From Octopus bimaculoides (lineage: Eukaryota), in the NCBI RefSeq assembly GCF_001194135.2, contig NC_068982.1, positions 104,296,996 through 104,360,995 on the forward strand: a stretch of DNA of 64,000 bases, given 5' to 3'. This document shows positions 1 to 13,658 of this stretch, piece after piece. Every line of letters starts with the position of its first letter. Position 1 is the first letter of the stretch. The position numbers were made by a program, and so were the translations under genes. The notes beneath the pieces were generated by a model. The model had not been told where the DNA came from, did no database searches, and worked only from the letters and a program-made list of their open reading frames with translations.

Positions 1-39
1 TATATATATACATATATATATATGTATATATATATATAT

Positions 40-285
40 CATCATTGTCATCATCGTTTAACGTCCGCTTTCCATGCTAGCATGGGTTGGACGATTTGAC
101 TGAGGACTGGTGAACCAGATGGCTACATCAGGCTCCAATCTGATCTGGCAGAGTTTCTACAGCTGGATGCCCTTCCTAACGCCAACCACTCCGAAAGTGT
201 AGTGTGTGCTTTTATGTGCCACCGGCACGAAGGCCAGTCAGGAGGTACTGGCAACGGCCAAGCTCAAAATGGTGTATTTTACGTG
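40..285 (-). mobile_element. SINE-like retroposon, family A (ATG-repeat tail)
   Basis: catcatcgtttaacgtccgctttccatgctagcatgggttgga...ctacagctggatgcccttcctaacgccaaccac recurs at 25428, 48450 and elsewhere in the window. Confidence 0.8.
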
Positions 286-294
286 CCACATACA

Positions 295-540
295 CATTAT
301 GTGATGGTTATAATGACCATCATCATCATACATGTGATATTAATTTACAGTCTTCCATAGAAAACATGTCTGGCCATCAGAATTATTATCTTGTTTGGAA
401 ACAGAGTTGGTGACAGGAAGGGTATTCAGCCATAGAAAATCTACCTCAACAAATTCCATCTAAGCTATGCAAGCATAAAAAAAGTGAATGCTTAAATGAT
501 GATGATGATGTTGATGATGATGATGATGATGATGATGATA
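295..540 (+). mobile_element. SINE-like retroposon, family E (same 3' tail type as family A, ending in (GAT)n)
   Basis: tggtgacaggaagggtattcagccatagaaaatctacctcaacaaattccatc...gcaagcat...aaatgatgatg. Homologous copies at 5420, 15725, 29795 and 40425. Confidence 0.7.
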
Positions 541-961
541 GATGGAGCTTTGATTGCTAATTCTAACAGGTAAAGTCACTGTAATGATGGTCTTTTGTTG
601 GTTCATGAGTAGAACAGGGTTTGTTTGCAGAGTGGCTCATTTCTAGACTTAAGCACCAATCTGTATTCCAAAGAGTTTCTACAGCCTTTGTATTAAAACA
701 TCTGAACTATCAAAATATGTTAAAGTATTAAATTGGTTCAATACATTTCCACCAGGATCACTTTCTACTGGTTCTTATGCTTACCAACGGGTGTTACCTA
801 ATACCTTTAGTATCGGAAACTGTTACTAACCAGTGTCAGTTCTGGTACTCTTACCTTAATGCAAAACGAACTGTACCACAAGCCACAAGGCTAATTGTAA
901 ATTCATCTAAATAGTAAGTCTTTAGTGAATAATGCTGCAGGTGAAATCGATTCTTTAAATG

Positions 962-1231
962 AATATTCTTTTATTCTTTTACTTGTTTCAGTCATTTGAC
1001 TGCGGCCATGCTGGAGCACTGCCTTTAGTTGAACAAATTGACCCCAGGACTTGGTCTTCGTATGCCCAGTACTTATTCTATCAATCTCTTTTGTCAAACC
1101 ACTAAGTTACAGAGATATAAACACACCAGCGATGGTGGGGGGACAAACAGACAAACAAACATATACACACATACACACACTCACACACACACGACAGGCT
1201 TCTTTCAGTTTCCGCCTACCAAATCCACTCA
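962..1231 (-). mobile_element. tRNA-derived SINE family C, truncated by gap
   Basis: tttcagtcatttgactgcggccatgctggagcac...tttcagtttccgcctaccaaatccactc matches copies at 25573 and 45975. Confidence 0.8.
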
Positions 1232-3033
1232 NNNNNNNNNNNNNNNNNNNNNNNNNNNNNNNNNNNNNNNNNNNNNNNNNNNNNNNNNNNNNNNNNNNNN
1301 NNNNNNNNNNNNNNNNNNNNNNNNNNNNNNNACTAGATGTACCTGCTGTGATCCACTGGGTCACAACCACTCCAAGTTGAAAATGTTGATGCATGGCAGG
1401 ATGGTAGGAAAGGAAAAAGTTCTATTTTGAACTTCATGCAATAAAATTCTTATATAATACAGTTCTCCTGCCTTTGGTGTGACAACTTAAAACACAATCG
1501 TTTCTTTTTTGAAAACATTCAAATGGCCTTCAACATTTTTTTCCTCACTTTCTTCTTTGCCATTCTTTGTTTCTACTGTTCCAAATGAAATACATGGGTA
1601 CAGAGGGAGAGAAAGAGAGAGAGAGATATGATGGGGTGAGGAAATATTATCTTGCTCGGAAATAAGTGAGGGATAGTGACAGGCTGTAGAAAATCTACTT
1701 CAACAAATTTTATCTGACCCTGGTAAGTGTAGAGGAGAAGAAGAAGAAGAAGAAGAAGTGGTTGTAGATATAATAGGCCATGTTTCACTCCTTCATAGGT
1801 TTGGAAGAAACACTTTGAAAAAAAAAATTGGAACAAAAACACTTGGATCAAAAGAAACAATAAAAAATTTAAAAAATAAATATTAACTTTTGTCCTTACT
1901 CCTACTGCCCCTTAGAGAAAAATTACCTTCCATACAAAAATAAAAAAAGACTAATATAAAATATTGCCCCCAGTTATTCAGCTAGACTTTGCTATCATCA
2001 TTATCGATAACTGATAGTTGTTACTTTAAGGACCATTACACTTGCTATGCATATAATGGCTCACAGTCTTCACCTTTTCACTTTAACTAAACCAAACATG
2101 TTGCTATTGAACTATGGAGAGGCCACTCATTTTCTATAACAGCACTTGAAGGTAAATGCAATTCTGCTAAATCTAGCTATAGCGTGCTACAAGTTAATAA
2201 TATCAATTTGACTTATTTGGATGGCAGGCAAGCTGAATAAAAAGACTCTTGCCAAAAGGATGATGCAAAATATATCATCTTTTTAATATTTTCTTCTTTT
2301 TTTATCTAAGCAACATTTTCTAGTCCTGACACTATGCATTGATTGGTAGATCACATACATAGACATTATATGTATATTTTGTGATATGTGCATCTATCTC
2401 AATGTGTGTGCAAGACAGACATTAAAAAATGATATGTATATATTTATATATGTGTATTTGAGAGAATGTGTGTTGAAAAAAGAGACAGAAATATTGACTC
2501 TGGAATTCATTCAAATATCATCTGCACAGTGAAGATTGCAAAATATATAGAAGAGTAGCCATATGTGGTTGATATCTCTATAAATGTGTGTGTGTGTGTG
2601 TGTGTGTGTGCTTATGTTTATTTATATGCTGATCATGTGGGATTGATATCCTTTATGTGTGTGTATATGTGTGTGTCTGTGTTCGTGCATGTTTTTCCTA
2701 TAATGAGCTGTGTATGTTTTCAATTGGTTGGCGGGATGCATATACACAGGAGGCATAAAAGTGATTGCAAATTAAGTAACACATCTAATTTAGCAAAGAC
2801 TCACAGCACTGGGAAAGACTCATTCACCAGCATGTGCACAATCACTAGCTCACAGCCACATCATTTCTCCTCTTTGCCACTTCAACTGCTACTATCAATG
2901 GCTTCCACTCCCTTGATCTAACAAGCTGTATTCACTTCATTTAGACCCCTGTGGGGCACACATCCCTCCTGCACAAGCCAACAAAGGAGTCTGTACTTTG
3001 ACCTGCAAGAAATAGTAGCCAAACTTCCTTTAA

Positions 3034-3253
3034 CCCTTTAGCATTTAAATTGGTCATATCCAACCCAAATATTCTACTGGTCTTATGTTCAAACTGGCCA
3101 GATTCAGCCTTTCACACCTACCCTGCAATGTCATTCTAAAAATAAACAATCACGTCTTTGAAATCTCAAAGCTACAAGATAATACATGATTAACAAAAGA
3201 CAATGTGAATAAATAAGCATTACATTTCACAGAGTAATCTGAATGCTAAAGGA
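3034..3253. mobile_element. piggyBac-like MITE
   Basis: TIR ccctttagcatt / aatgctaaagga with TTAA on both sides. Homologous to 15983 and 55432. Confidence 0.75.
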
Positions 3254-3656
3254 TTAACTGTACCATCTTATTGAAGCATGTTAGATACAACACATCTTAA
3301 AGAAAAGGATCAATTGATCTTGAGAGGATATCTTTAATCTTAGATCTTCTTGATCCAGGCTGGCCTTGGGGAATTATAAAAAATATCAGCAACAGCAGCA
3401 ACTTCTCCATCCATCCATCCATCCTCCCTACTATATCTGTCCCACCCACCTAACATCTAGATCTTGCACTAAACACCTTGCTCACTATTCCTCCTGAGAA
3501 ATGTGCTGCTCTTTCAGATACTACTTATGTTCTTGTTACATGTATAAGCTTGCAAAGATTCAAACTGCGCATCAAATACATTGATTTCAATCTGGGAAGA
3601 TCTACAAATACCACAGACACTGCCCATCCTCCAGCTAAATAATGTCAATAATAATA

Positions 3657-3709
<53 letters not shown>
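3657..3709. repeat. (GAT)n microsatellite
   Basis: Direct reading. Source of the poly-D and poly-S ORFs at 3581 and 3514. Confidence 0.95.
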
Positions 3710-3764
3710 AACAGGTGCAGGCATGGCTGTGTGGTAACAAGCTTGCTTCTCAACCATAGTTCAT

Positions 3765-3945
3765 TTAATGTCCAATTTCTTGCTGGCATGAGTTGGACAG
3801 TTGGACAGGATGTGGTCAGCTGCAAGGCTGCATTGAGCTCCAGTATCAAGTTTGGCATGATTTCTTCAGCTGGATGCCTTTCCTAATGCCAATCACCTTA
3901 CAGAGTATAATGAGCGCTTTTTCATTATGCCACTGGTACTAGTGT
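3765..3945 (-). mobile_element. SINE family A copy
   Basis: atttaatgtccaatttcttgctggcatgagttggac...cagctggatgcctttcctaatgccaatcac. Confidence 0.7.
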
Positions 3946-3974
3946 AGTTACCAAGTAATTTGTATTTGTGTATG

Positions 3975-4014
<40 letters not shown>

Positions 4015-5419
4015 NNNNNNNNNNNNNNNNNNNNNNNNNNNNNNNNNNNNNNNNNNNNNNNNNNNNNNNNNNNNNNNNNNNNNNNNNNNNNNNNNNNNNN
4101 NNNNNNNNNNNNNNNNNNNNNNNATATGGATAAATAATACAAAATGGGACAAGGACGCAGAACATCCAGACAGTCAGGTGATACACGAAAGGGACAAAAC
4201 ATACAGATAGACGATACAAAGAAAACATGAACAGGTCGTTCGGAGTTTTCTCTCTTCAGTCGAGATCCAGATTATCCTTGCAATTTCGGCTGGTTATATA
4301 ATTAATTAAAAATACACATTAAGTACAGGACATCACCAGTGAGTGAAAAGTATGTAAACACATAGAGATAAGTACAGGACAAAATACCTCAGTTGTCGAC
4401 TGTTTATTACTATCTGATTCGAGCTTTCAATGACAAGACAGGAAAACTTCATAAGGCAGCAGCATCCAGAAATTTTAAAAATATAAAATTTATGAAGAGT
4501 TAGGACTTCGAACGAACAAACGACACCAGAGTGAACATACAGAGTAAACAACTGACAAAGACAAACATTAAGCGCCAAACAGTAATGGGTAACACCAGGG
4601 AGAAATTTTGAAAGAATATAAAACAAATAGAAGAGAAAAAAATATCAATAGGTGAGAGAAATATGTATGTATGTATGTATGTATTCATTCACACAAGCAG
4701 TTCTGATTTTAACTTTATATTTAAAAGAGAAAAATTTAATTTGAAATAATAAATTTAATCTATAATATATTCCTATCAAAACAATTCTGATTTTATTTTC
4801 ACATTTGAAAGACATCTTTATTCAGTCTTACTCTCACCTAATGGTATGTTCCACTTTGTATCTCTGTCAATGTCATACAACTAGATAATTTTTAATCAAC
4901 ATCTGTACTTAATGACATGGATTTGTTTTTATGTTTTTAATATCAATACATATGCTTGCTTTATTTTCACCATCTCATATTGATTGTAAATAGCCAAAAT
5001 GAAATTATTTCTCTTGACTATTGATTTCTCTCTCTCTCTCTCTCCCCTTTGCATTCTCATTTTTAAAGAATTCATTCATTTCCTTTAATTCATAGGGACT
5101 TGTGACTCTTCTCTACTCATTACTCTGATTTTTTTGTCTAAAATTTATTCTATCATCATCATTTAACATCCGTTTTTTTTCATATTGGCATGGGTTGGAC
5201 CACATAGTTATGAAATAAACATTTTAACTACACTAATACTATTACTGGTACCTTTTCATTGAAGTAAATCTTACCCCATGTTGTGAGTAAGGTGGTGAGC
5301 CTTTGCCAAATTAACTGAGCTATTAAGTTTACAATCTCTTTCAATATTACTTTGCACATGCAGTGTCAAGGAACACACACACAGAAGTGTATGTGTGTGT
5401 GTGCATACACACATACACA

Positions 5420-5660
5420 TATCATCATCATCACTTAACAGCCATATTTCCTTGCTTGCATGGGTCAAATGGAATTTGTTGAGGTAGATTTTCTACAGTT
5501 GGATGCTCTTCCTGTCACTAAACCTCACTTGTTTCCAAACAAAGTAATATTTCCCATGACCAGACATGCTTTTCCATGGAAGACTGGAAATGAACAACAT
5601 TGCTTGTGTGATGGTGATGTTAATTTACAATTATCATCACTTGATGTCAGGACAAGGACA
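5420..5660 (-). mobile_element. SINE family E copy
   Basis: catcatcacttaac...cttgcatgggtcaaatggaatttgttgaggtagattttctacagttggatgctcttcctgtcact is the reverse complement of the 295-540 type. Confidence 0.7.
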
Positions 5661-5694
5661 TACTTAAACACACACTCATAAATATATATATATA

Positions 5695-5850
5695 TGACAG
5701 GCTTCTTTCAGTTTCCATCTACCAAATCTACCAAATTTGGTTGATCTGTGAGTTATAGTAGAAGACACTTGCCCAAGATGTCATGCAGTGGAACTGAACC
5801 TGATGCCACATGGTTGGGAAGCAAACTTCTCACCCATACAGTCACACCTG
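5695..5850 (-). mobile_element. SINE family C head
   Basis: gacaggcttctttcagtttcc...tagaagacacttgcccaag...gaactgaacc...cacacctg. Confidence 0.7.
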
Positions 5851-5881
5851 TGCTTCACTATGTCAGCATCTCACTACACTT

Positions 5882-5938
<57 letters not shown>

Positions 5939-6324
5939 TGCACACACACATATATGACAGACATTAACCAGCGTGTGGGCTATTACAGAAGACACTTGCC
6001 TAAGGTATCACACTGGTACTGAACCTCGAGTAACTTGATTGCAAAGCTGTATCTTCACCTTATTCAAAAAAAAAAAAAGACGACAAAGCAAATGAATAAA
6101 ATAATCTGATATAATACATAATAATACTCATGGTTTTGAAGAAGACCTTACATGATCACTTGATCTGCTAGAAATTGCAGCAACATTTATCTGAAACCAC
6201 CCAAGACATACTGTATTGGAACTGTGATAAATGCACTGTGCTATCAGTAAAATACTACAGAAATGAAGTAGGATATTAAGTTCCATCTCAACAGTCATAT
6301 TGTATGACATACCATGTATGTCAT

Positions 6325-6665
6325 ACAGTGAAGGCGCATGGCCCAATGGTTAGAGCATCGAGTTCACAATCATGAAGTAGGGAGTTCAATTCCTGGACCA
6401 GGTTGTGTGTTGTGTTCTTGAGCAAGACACTATTTCACGTTGCTCCAGTTCACTCAACTGTGGAATTGAGTTGCAACATCACTGGTGCAAGCTGTATCAG
6501 CCTTTGCCTTTCCATTGGATAACATTGATGGCATGGAGAAGGGAGGCTGGTATACATTGGCAACTGCTGGTCTTCCATAAACAACCTTGCCTAGACTTGA
6601 GCCTCGGAGGGGAACTCTTTAGGTGCAATTCCATGGTCATTCATGACTAACGGGGGAGTTTACTT
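6325..6665 (+). mobile_element. tRNA-derived SINE family B
   Basis: Pol III A-box-like tggcccaatgg and B-box-like gagttcaattcc, followed by gtgttgtgttcttgagcaagacac. An inverted homolog lies at 8800-9150. Confidence 0.8.
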
Positions 6666-6862
6666 TTTTACTATGTATGAGTGCAGGAATGCCTGTGTTG
6701 TTAAAATGTTTACTACTGTGTGGTTCTGGGATTGATCCTATGTGTGACACCTTGGGTAGCTATGTCTTCTACCACAGCCTTGAGTTGATCAACACCTTGT
6801 GAATGGAACTTCATTGACAGAAATAGGGCAGAAGCCTGTCAGATACAATCACATACACACAT

Positions 6863-6900
<38 letters not shown>

Positions 6901-8319
6901 AACTTTCATTGGTGAATACTTGCAATGGGAAGAAATATAAGCAAGGACAGAAAAAGGCAGTGCTTTATGAATGAAATCCCTTGAAGTGCTTGTATTGTAT
7001 CAAGTCACAGATACTTCCTTATCACTCCACTGAGTGGCTCCTTAGAAAGTGTCTTCTGCTATAGCCTTAAGTCAACCAGAGCCATGTGATTGGATTTGGC
7101 AAATGGAAACTGAAAGAAACCCATTGTAAAATATATCCTGTCTGACCCAGGCAAATATGGAAAAGTGGGTATTAAAACAATGATGATGATATAAAATTAA
7201 AATAAATGGATAAATAAAATTCGATAAAATATCTCTTATCAAACTTGTTTTTAAAAATCAGCCACCCAAGCTACACAAAGATAGAAACACTAAATATAAG
7301 TTATACCCCAACTAATTACACCAGGACTACAACACTTTTGCTTCTATTAGATACCCACCCACCCCCCAAAAAAGCAACTCAGGGTCCTATTCTTATCTTA
7401 TGGACATACTCAGAAGCCCTAGAAATACTTAACCTTGATATCACTAACCCAAACAACCCTTTCTCTTTTTCCTCTCTCTCTCTCTCTCTCTCAACATGCA
7501 CTTAAACTACAATACTTATAAGTTTCCAATATCTTTTTTTCTTTCATCAAGCAATCTAAAGATTAAAGATTTTTCTCCTACTACACACACACACACACAT
7601 ATACACATGCACACACAATGTGTGTGCATGTGCATGCATCATCACAATTACATCATTGATTTGTTTTAATCACAAACAGAATCTCTTCATTGATTACTTT
7701 TTAATCAATGATTGATTAAAAACTAAAGCATTTCAGGGCTTTAGAATTGATAATTGTTTTATTGAATTTATTGTTATGAATTTCTTAAACTCTTCATTGT
7801 TTTTTATGATAACAGCTTTATAATAAAGCAGTTTTCATGCAATCACTCCATTACTCAGTTTAACATCTCATTTTCATACTTATTGCCAACTGCTGTTTAT
7901 GACACATAAACTCTCCCACTCTCTGCAATGTCTCCCTTGTCAAACTGTTTTGTTTTTTTATATTACTTTTTAAATGCCTTTATATCTCAATACTTTATTG
8001 TTCATTGTTGTTAATATCTGCATCAACTGATATTTGAGACCAATAAGCTTGATGGTGTCCTTGCATAACAATATATTATATCGAATTAAACATGATTTTT
8101 TTTCACATTCATCTAATGTCACTATATAAATTTTGTTGCCATTGTGCACAATCTATGTATTGTCAGGTAACAACTTAGAATATCGTTTAATTACTTTGAC
8201 TTCTCCATATCTCGATAATTGGAGGGAATACTTAGATAATAAAATATTTTGTGGGTATTACAAGACAAAATGGTGAATATGTTACTCCAAAGAATAGCAA
8301 GGGACATGCACTGAAAGAG

Positions 8320-8765
8320 TAAAAGACTGTTGCCCTCTGTGGTCTCCCCACACCAAACAAAGCATTATTAGAATAATTACTAAAAAGATAAAAAGCATGA
8401 CTGATCTTGAGTATTGGGACCACTGTAAAACATTGAAACTTTTTTCTCTCCAGTGGCGCGATGAGTGCCACATCATTTGCAGAATGTGGAGAATATACTA
8501 CCAGCGTTGCCCAAATGACCTTAACATTAGATTCAGAATTCATCCTAGCCATACATCCCCTACACAATTCAGGCCCACAATGCATAAATTCACTGTAACA
8601 CAATTTCTTTTCCTCAATGGATCTAGCTCTATTTAACTTTATCCCAAAATAAATCAAAGAAGAAAAAGATCCCATCACCTTCAAATGAAACCGGGACAAA
8701 TTTTTGAAGAAATATCAGGTCAGCCACCTATACCCAGATACCTCTCAGTTAACAACGCCCTAATT
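8320..8765 (+). mobile_element. Decayed LINE (CR1/L2-type) ORF2 3' end
   Basis: Disrupted translation CCPLWSPHTKQ...DLEYWDHCKTLKLFSLQWRDE...FNFIPK*IKEEKDPITFK...QPPIPRY resembles the LEYC.PLWSPH / DYW.RL..L.L.SL.RRR C-terminus of these LINEs. Confidence 0.75.
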
Positions 8766-8799
8766 GATACCACAAAACTCAACTTAAAATGACTTAACA

Positions 8800-9150
8800 T
8801 ATCTTATCAGTTGGTACTATTTAGACATAGCCTGTCATTAATGACTATAGGATTGCATCTAGAAAGTTCCCCCCTAAGGAACAAGTTCAGGTAAGGTTGT
8901 TTTGTAGAAGACCAGCAGCTGCCCATGCATACTAGCCTCCCCTCTCCATACCACTGATGTTGTCCAAGAGAAAGGCAAAGGCTGGTACAGTTTGGCACTA
9001 GTGATGTTACAACTCATTTCTATGGCTGAATAAATTATAGCAGTGTAAAATAAACTGTCTTGCTCAAGAACACAACACACAGCCTGGTTCGGGAATCGAA
9101 CTCACAACCTTGAAATTGTAAACCTGACACTCTAACTATTGAGCCTGGTT
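8800..9150 (-). mobile_element. tRNA-derived SINE family B copy
   Basis: Reverse-complement homolog of 6325-6665 (tgctcaagaacacaacacac...gggaatcgaactc). Confidence 0.8.
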
Positions 9151-9239
9151 AGCAACCAAAAATGTACACTGTAGACTTATAACAATATTTATGTCACTTA
9201 TAGATCCGAAGTCCAACCTTGAGTGAAACAAAAATTCTG

Positions 9240-9780
9240 AGACAGTCATTATTCAGCTGGGTACCAGTGAACATTGAGGGTATAGCGTTTAACCATGTGT
9301 CATTGTAGGGATGGGAGGTGAAGTTGAAATATGCCAGTTGATGCTCATCAAGCAAATGTACAAGGCTGTGTGAGATTTTATGGCACTGGATGGGTCCCCA
9401 TTTATGTTAAATTAATGAATCATCCAGACATGATTAATGTGATGTTGCATCTAGATTTCATAGGCACTTTCATGTGTCCTGATTGGAGCAAGTTCTGTGA
9501 TGTTTTAGAGAACCTCATTAATGAGGAAGGGATAAAAGAAGCCAGTGACAGTAGATAGACTGGCAGTGCTAATTTAACAAGAGACTGAAGACCAAAACTG
9601 CTGTATCAAAATAGGAAGGGCAGGTGGTTGCCATTTTGTGTTGTCAAACCAGATGTTGCATATCCTTAACACTATACCAAGTAGAATTTTCTATCTTGGT
9701 ACAGCAGGACATCTGATTGTAATACAGGATGCTGTGATAAGTATGCAGTAGTTTTGGCAAAGCAGAAAGATTGAAGAACC
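9240..9780 (-). mobile_element. Possible highly decayed LINE fragment (endonuclease-like)
   Basis: Higher-GC block. The minus strand gives NLTQ(L)VH after a frameshift, reminiscent of the APE-domain LTQLV motif. Weak. Confidence 0.25.
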
Positions 9781-9841
9781 CTGAATGAAATCTTCAGGTT
9801 TCTTTTTTTTTTCTTCTTTTTTTTTTTTTTTNNNNNNNNNN

Positions 9842-9872
<31 letters not shown>

Positions 9873-10511
9873 GTATCCCCTGTATTGTATATTCCTAATG
9901 GTAGCATCAAAAATCGTGTGTCATTTATGACTTCAGATATGGACAAGTTTATCTAAAATCTAACTCTCAACAAGGCAGGGACTGCTGAGTAGAGGTGGTT
10001 GTAGGTAACATCACCAGGTTTGCCTACTGTCACATTGACTATATTATATTGTCATCTTTTATTGTGTAAAAATAAATAATGGAAGATGAAAATAATGAAA
10101 GTTAAACCTACTTCCACATCCATAAGTTTTTCCATTGAATTTTACATTAGAACCTATTTTCATTGTTTTGTGCTTTTCTTTTTCTACTATTTTTGTTTCT
10201 TTTTTAATTTTCATCTATTTTTTAATTATTGTAGTTCTGTTTTTCGATAATATAATAGGTGATATAGTTCTGCTAATTCAAGTATTTATATGAATTCCTG
10301 AAGTCTGTATTGTATCACTCTATACATTAATGCTAACAATTTAACAAGAATGTGTAAGCATTGCTTAGTTTTCAGCTAAATTAACTTGTTATAAATACAG
10401 CTTCAGTCCTGTAGATGTGAGATATTATTACCAGTAGTGTGAGGTGGGTGCTATTAACTACAGAAGTAACTTAACTATCAATCTATCTCTTTAATTATAT
10501 GTACTCTAGGT

Positions 10512-10741
10512 CAATGTTTCTGATGGAAGGTGGCTTCTATGAAGATTGAAAAGGTAGCAGACAAATTGCTGTTTTTGTATATTGTACATTCAACATTTTA
10601 AATTTGTCCAACACCATAGTGAAAACAACTATTTTTTTTTCCTTTTATTAATAAAGAGGTGGGAGGGAACAATAAAAAAAGTTCCACTAAATTAGTGATG
10701 GGAAAGGGGCTTGCCAGTATTTGTCAGTCTGAGAACCACTG
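10512..10741. mobile_element. hAT/Charlie-type MITE (old)
   Basis: Imperfect TIR caatgtttct / gagaaccactg. The 8-bp TSD ctctaggt / gtctaggt is close to the Charlie nTCTAGAn target. Confidence 0.6.
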
Positions 10742-11559
10742 GTCTAGGTGAGATAATGTCACCATTTCTCATAATGTCACACTGAAGCCATTTCTATAGT
10801 TACAATTCAGAGCAAAGCTGAAATAAATTGCTTGCTGAAGTCAAAATGTCAAGTCCAGATTGTTTTCTCAGATCAAAAGACATCAATAAATATTTTTCAT
10901 TGCCAAATATTTCTGAGTGATTGAATTCATTTAACATAGTTTATGCTGATATATTGGGCTTAAATACATTTTAATAGAGCCTATCTTGGATGGTATATCT
11001 CCTTCAATCACTGGTGTCTTGAACACATCCATAAAAAAGCAATTTACTTGTTCAACTCTTGACCCACCAGCAGTTGGTGTCTTCATTATGTTTAAAGAAA
11101 ATAATTTAACCATTAAATAATTTTTCTTCAAGGTCTCTCTCTATTTATTTATTCATTCATTTATTCATTATTATTTTTTTTTGCTCAGATTATGCAAAAT
11201 CTAGAAAACTACTGTATATAGGATAAATATTCTTCAAAGAATACGACAATCATATTGATAGTTTGAAGAATAACAAAATATTATCACAATATTAAAATAA
11301 TTGGATAAAATCAGAAATGAAAAGATAAAAGTTTTTTTCAAAAAGAGACCAATACTGACAAGAAAGCAATATTTTTCTTCCAGTAAGAATATTATCAGTG
11401 GAAATGACCAAGTGTAATCTAAATACTTTTTAATTACACCTACCCTCGCACCCAACAGTTCAGATATACAATCCATTAGATATACACTCCACATTAGAAG
11501 CATTTTGCATCATTGATTGAAAGTATTGCAGAGAAAGTAACTTCTTCATTTTTTATGTC

Positions 11560-12070
11560 CCACTTCTTCCCAAAGAGTGCCTTTCAGGACTGATAACTTC
11601 TATGTGTGCTCAACATGCTTTTTGACAATACCTTCAGTAGAGCAATGTTGAGGCATAAGTGTCACCACACTTGTGCAGTTATGTCTTTGTCTTACCTCCT
11701 CAGCATGTTGAATGCAGGCAGCTTCATAACCTTTGACTTCTTTATAACTAGTTGATCACTTATCGCTCTCCATTACTGACTCTTCTCATTTTCCTTTATT
11801 GAGGTAGAACTCTCTCAGGATAGTTTTACATTGGCCCTTAAACCACAGCTTTCAAATATCTTGAGCTCCTTTCATCAGCTAAGTTCTCTATACAACACTT
11901 TCTTGGGGATTCTGAAGTCATCCATTCATGTAACATGTCTTACCCATCTGAGTCATCTGGATCTAAGTATGGAATAGAGTGATGGGACGTCTGCTCTTCA
12001 GAGCACTTCTGTGTTAGGAATCTTTCCTTGCTATCATATGCTGAGATTCTCCCTCAGACATTCCATACAG
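11560..12070 (-). mobile_element. Decayed RTE-clade LINE, ORF 3' end
   Basis: Minus-strand disrupted translation CLR..LSI**QGKIPNTEVL*RADVPSLYSILRSR*LRWVRHVT*MDDFRIPKKVLYREL matches the RTE C-terminal motif (IPNTEVL...LRW.GHV.RM...RIPK..LYGEL). Confidence 0.85.
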
Positions 12071-12144
12071 AGCTAATATATTGACAAGCTATTGATTTAA
12101 TGCAAATATCAATTTAAATAGATTTAGCTAAAATGACAGTGGGC

Positions 12145-12146
<2 letters not shown>

Positions 12147-12201
<55 letters not shown>

Positions 12202-12218
12202 CCTCTCTCTCTCTCTCT
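12147..12218. repeat. (CT)n microsatellite
   Basis: Direct reading. Confidence 0.95.
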
Positions 12219-13613
12219 GTATATGTGAACATACTGCATGATACTTTGAAAAGTATAGGAATATGCACAGAATAATATACGTTCTTACTTGATGAAAACT
12301 GGAAACAATTCGATGAAACCTAACTTATAATTAACTTTTTTTCAAAGAAAGGTAGGACTGTTACCTGCTTGAAAAGTATGATATTGTGAAAGAAATACTT
12401 GCTGAGTGACAGCTTGATGATCTAAAATATCTAAAGCAAATTGGATATAATTTTCAATGTTTAACACTGTTATCTTGTTTATTGTATTTTTGAGTAAAAA
12501 CCAAAGAGCTAAGAAATTTTAATGTAACCAAGGTAACCAGCTATAGAAGACACACAGGTGTGTTTTTAGTCAGAGTATAAAGAATTCTAAAAACATATGG
12601 TAATTTAATGGTTTATCTTAAGTTAGCTGGTGGTAACAATCAGTGCAAATTTAGAAATATATATCAATAAGAATTTGTTATGTAGTTGTCAAGGTTGAAG
12701 AAAGAATGAGATTCTAGTTTAAAAAATTGTAAGGTCAAATACATTGAGGCAGAAGACACTTGTGATGATTGGAGATCAAACTGATGGCAATGCAGTGTAG
12801 ATATAAATATTATAAATACATGCTCTAAAGTTGAAGTTAATAGTCTGGAAAATTATAGTCTTTATGTCCGACATTTTAGATATTTTATCGGGCAGAACTA
12901 TTTAACTCATTCCTGCAAAAGTTAGAAAACAGATAAAATTAATAATTATGTTCATTTTTTTTTTTCTCACTGATTTTAGTTTTTGTAAAGATATTCCAAT
13001 ATGTTACTAACTGATGCTTGAAGCAACTGATAGAATAGATTTTTCTTCCGTCATTCTGTTGAAAATTTGATATCTTAGATTTGTTTGGTAAATCAATTTT
13101 GTTGAGATTAGGTTACATCTATTTAGTTTTCTTACTCCTCATCAATACCAATAATATCACTTGCCATTTAGAAATTTACTTCTCAACGCATTTTCTTTTA
13201 TTTTTATTGTCATTCTTATTATCTGTATCCTTAGGTTTTCTTGGGTTTTGTAACATTGGAATTTTCTGAGAAACTGTTTCTTTCTACAATTAAATCTATT
13301 TTAATAGTCCTAAAATTTATTACACAGTCTAAATTTGATAAAGCTGCCTTAACTATCATGTTATATGCATTCCTGGTTTATACTATTAAACTACTTTCAT
13401 CATAAGTAGTCTAGAAGATTGTTCTCTTAATAAATCAAGACTTAATTTTGTGTTATTCTCTACTCATCTGTCAACTTCAGTGTATTAAGCTAAGGTGATA
13501 AGAGTTTCTATATATGACCTTTGAGACATATATACCATTCAATTTGTTTCTGTCTACATCACTTAATATTAAATAAAAATCTCTCTTTCAATTCATTTAT
13601 TAACTTAAAAAGT

Positions 13614-13616
<3 letters not shown>

Positions 13617-13656
<40 letters not shown>
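13617..13656. repeat. (AAT)n microsatellite
   Basis: Direct reading. Confidence 0.95.

Positions 13657-13658
<2 letters not shown>

Noticed and set aside
564-707. Minus-strand 47-codon open frame after an AG (FRCFNTKAVETLWNTDW...)
   Set aside because: No recognisable protein and no supported partner exons.
6325-6400. tRNA-like A and B boxes (also at 37957, 41677, 48955 and 55010)
   Set aside because: No complete cloverleaf; each continues into a SINE body, so these are SINE heads and not tRNA genes.
8232-8699. 155-aa minus-strand ORF
   Set aside because: It is the antisense of a decayed LINE whose motifs lie on the plus strand.
9331-9558. 75-aa ORF MPVDAHQ...
   Set aside because: No recognisable domain or splice context; it probably overlaps a decayed repeat.
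13178-13283. Minus-strand Lys/Asn-rich exon-like frame
   Set aside because: Explained by T-rich plus-strand composition; no homology.
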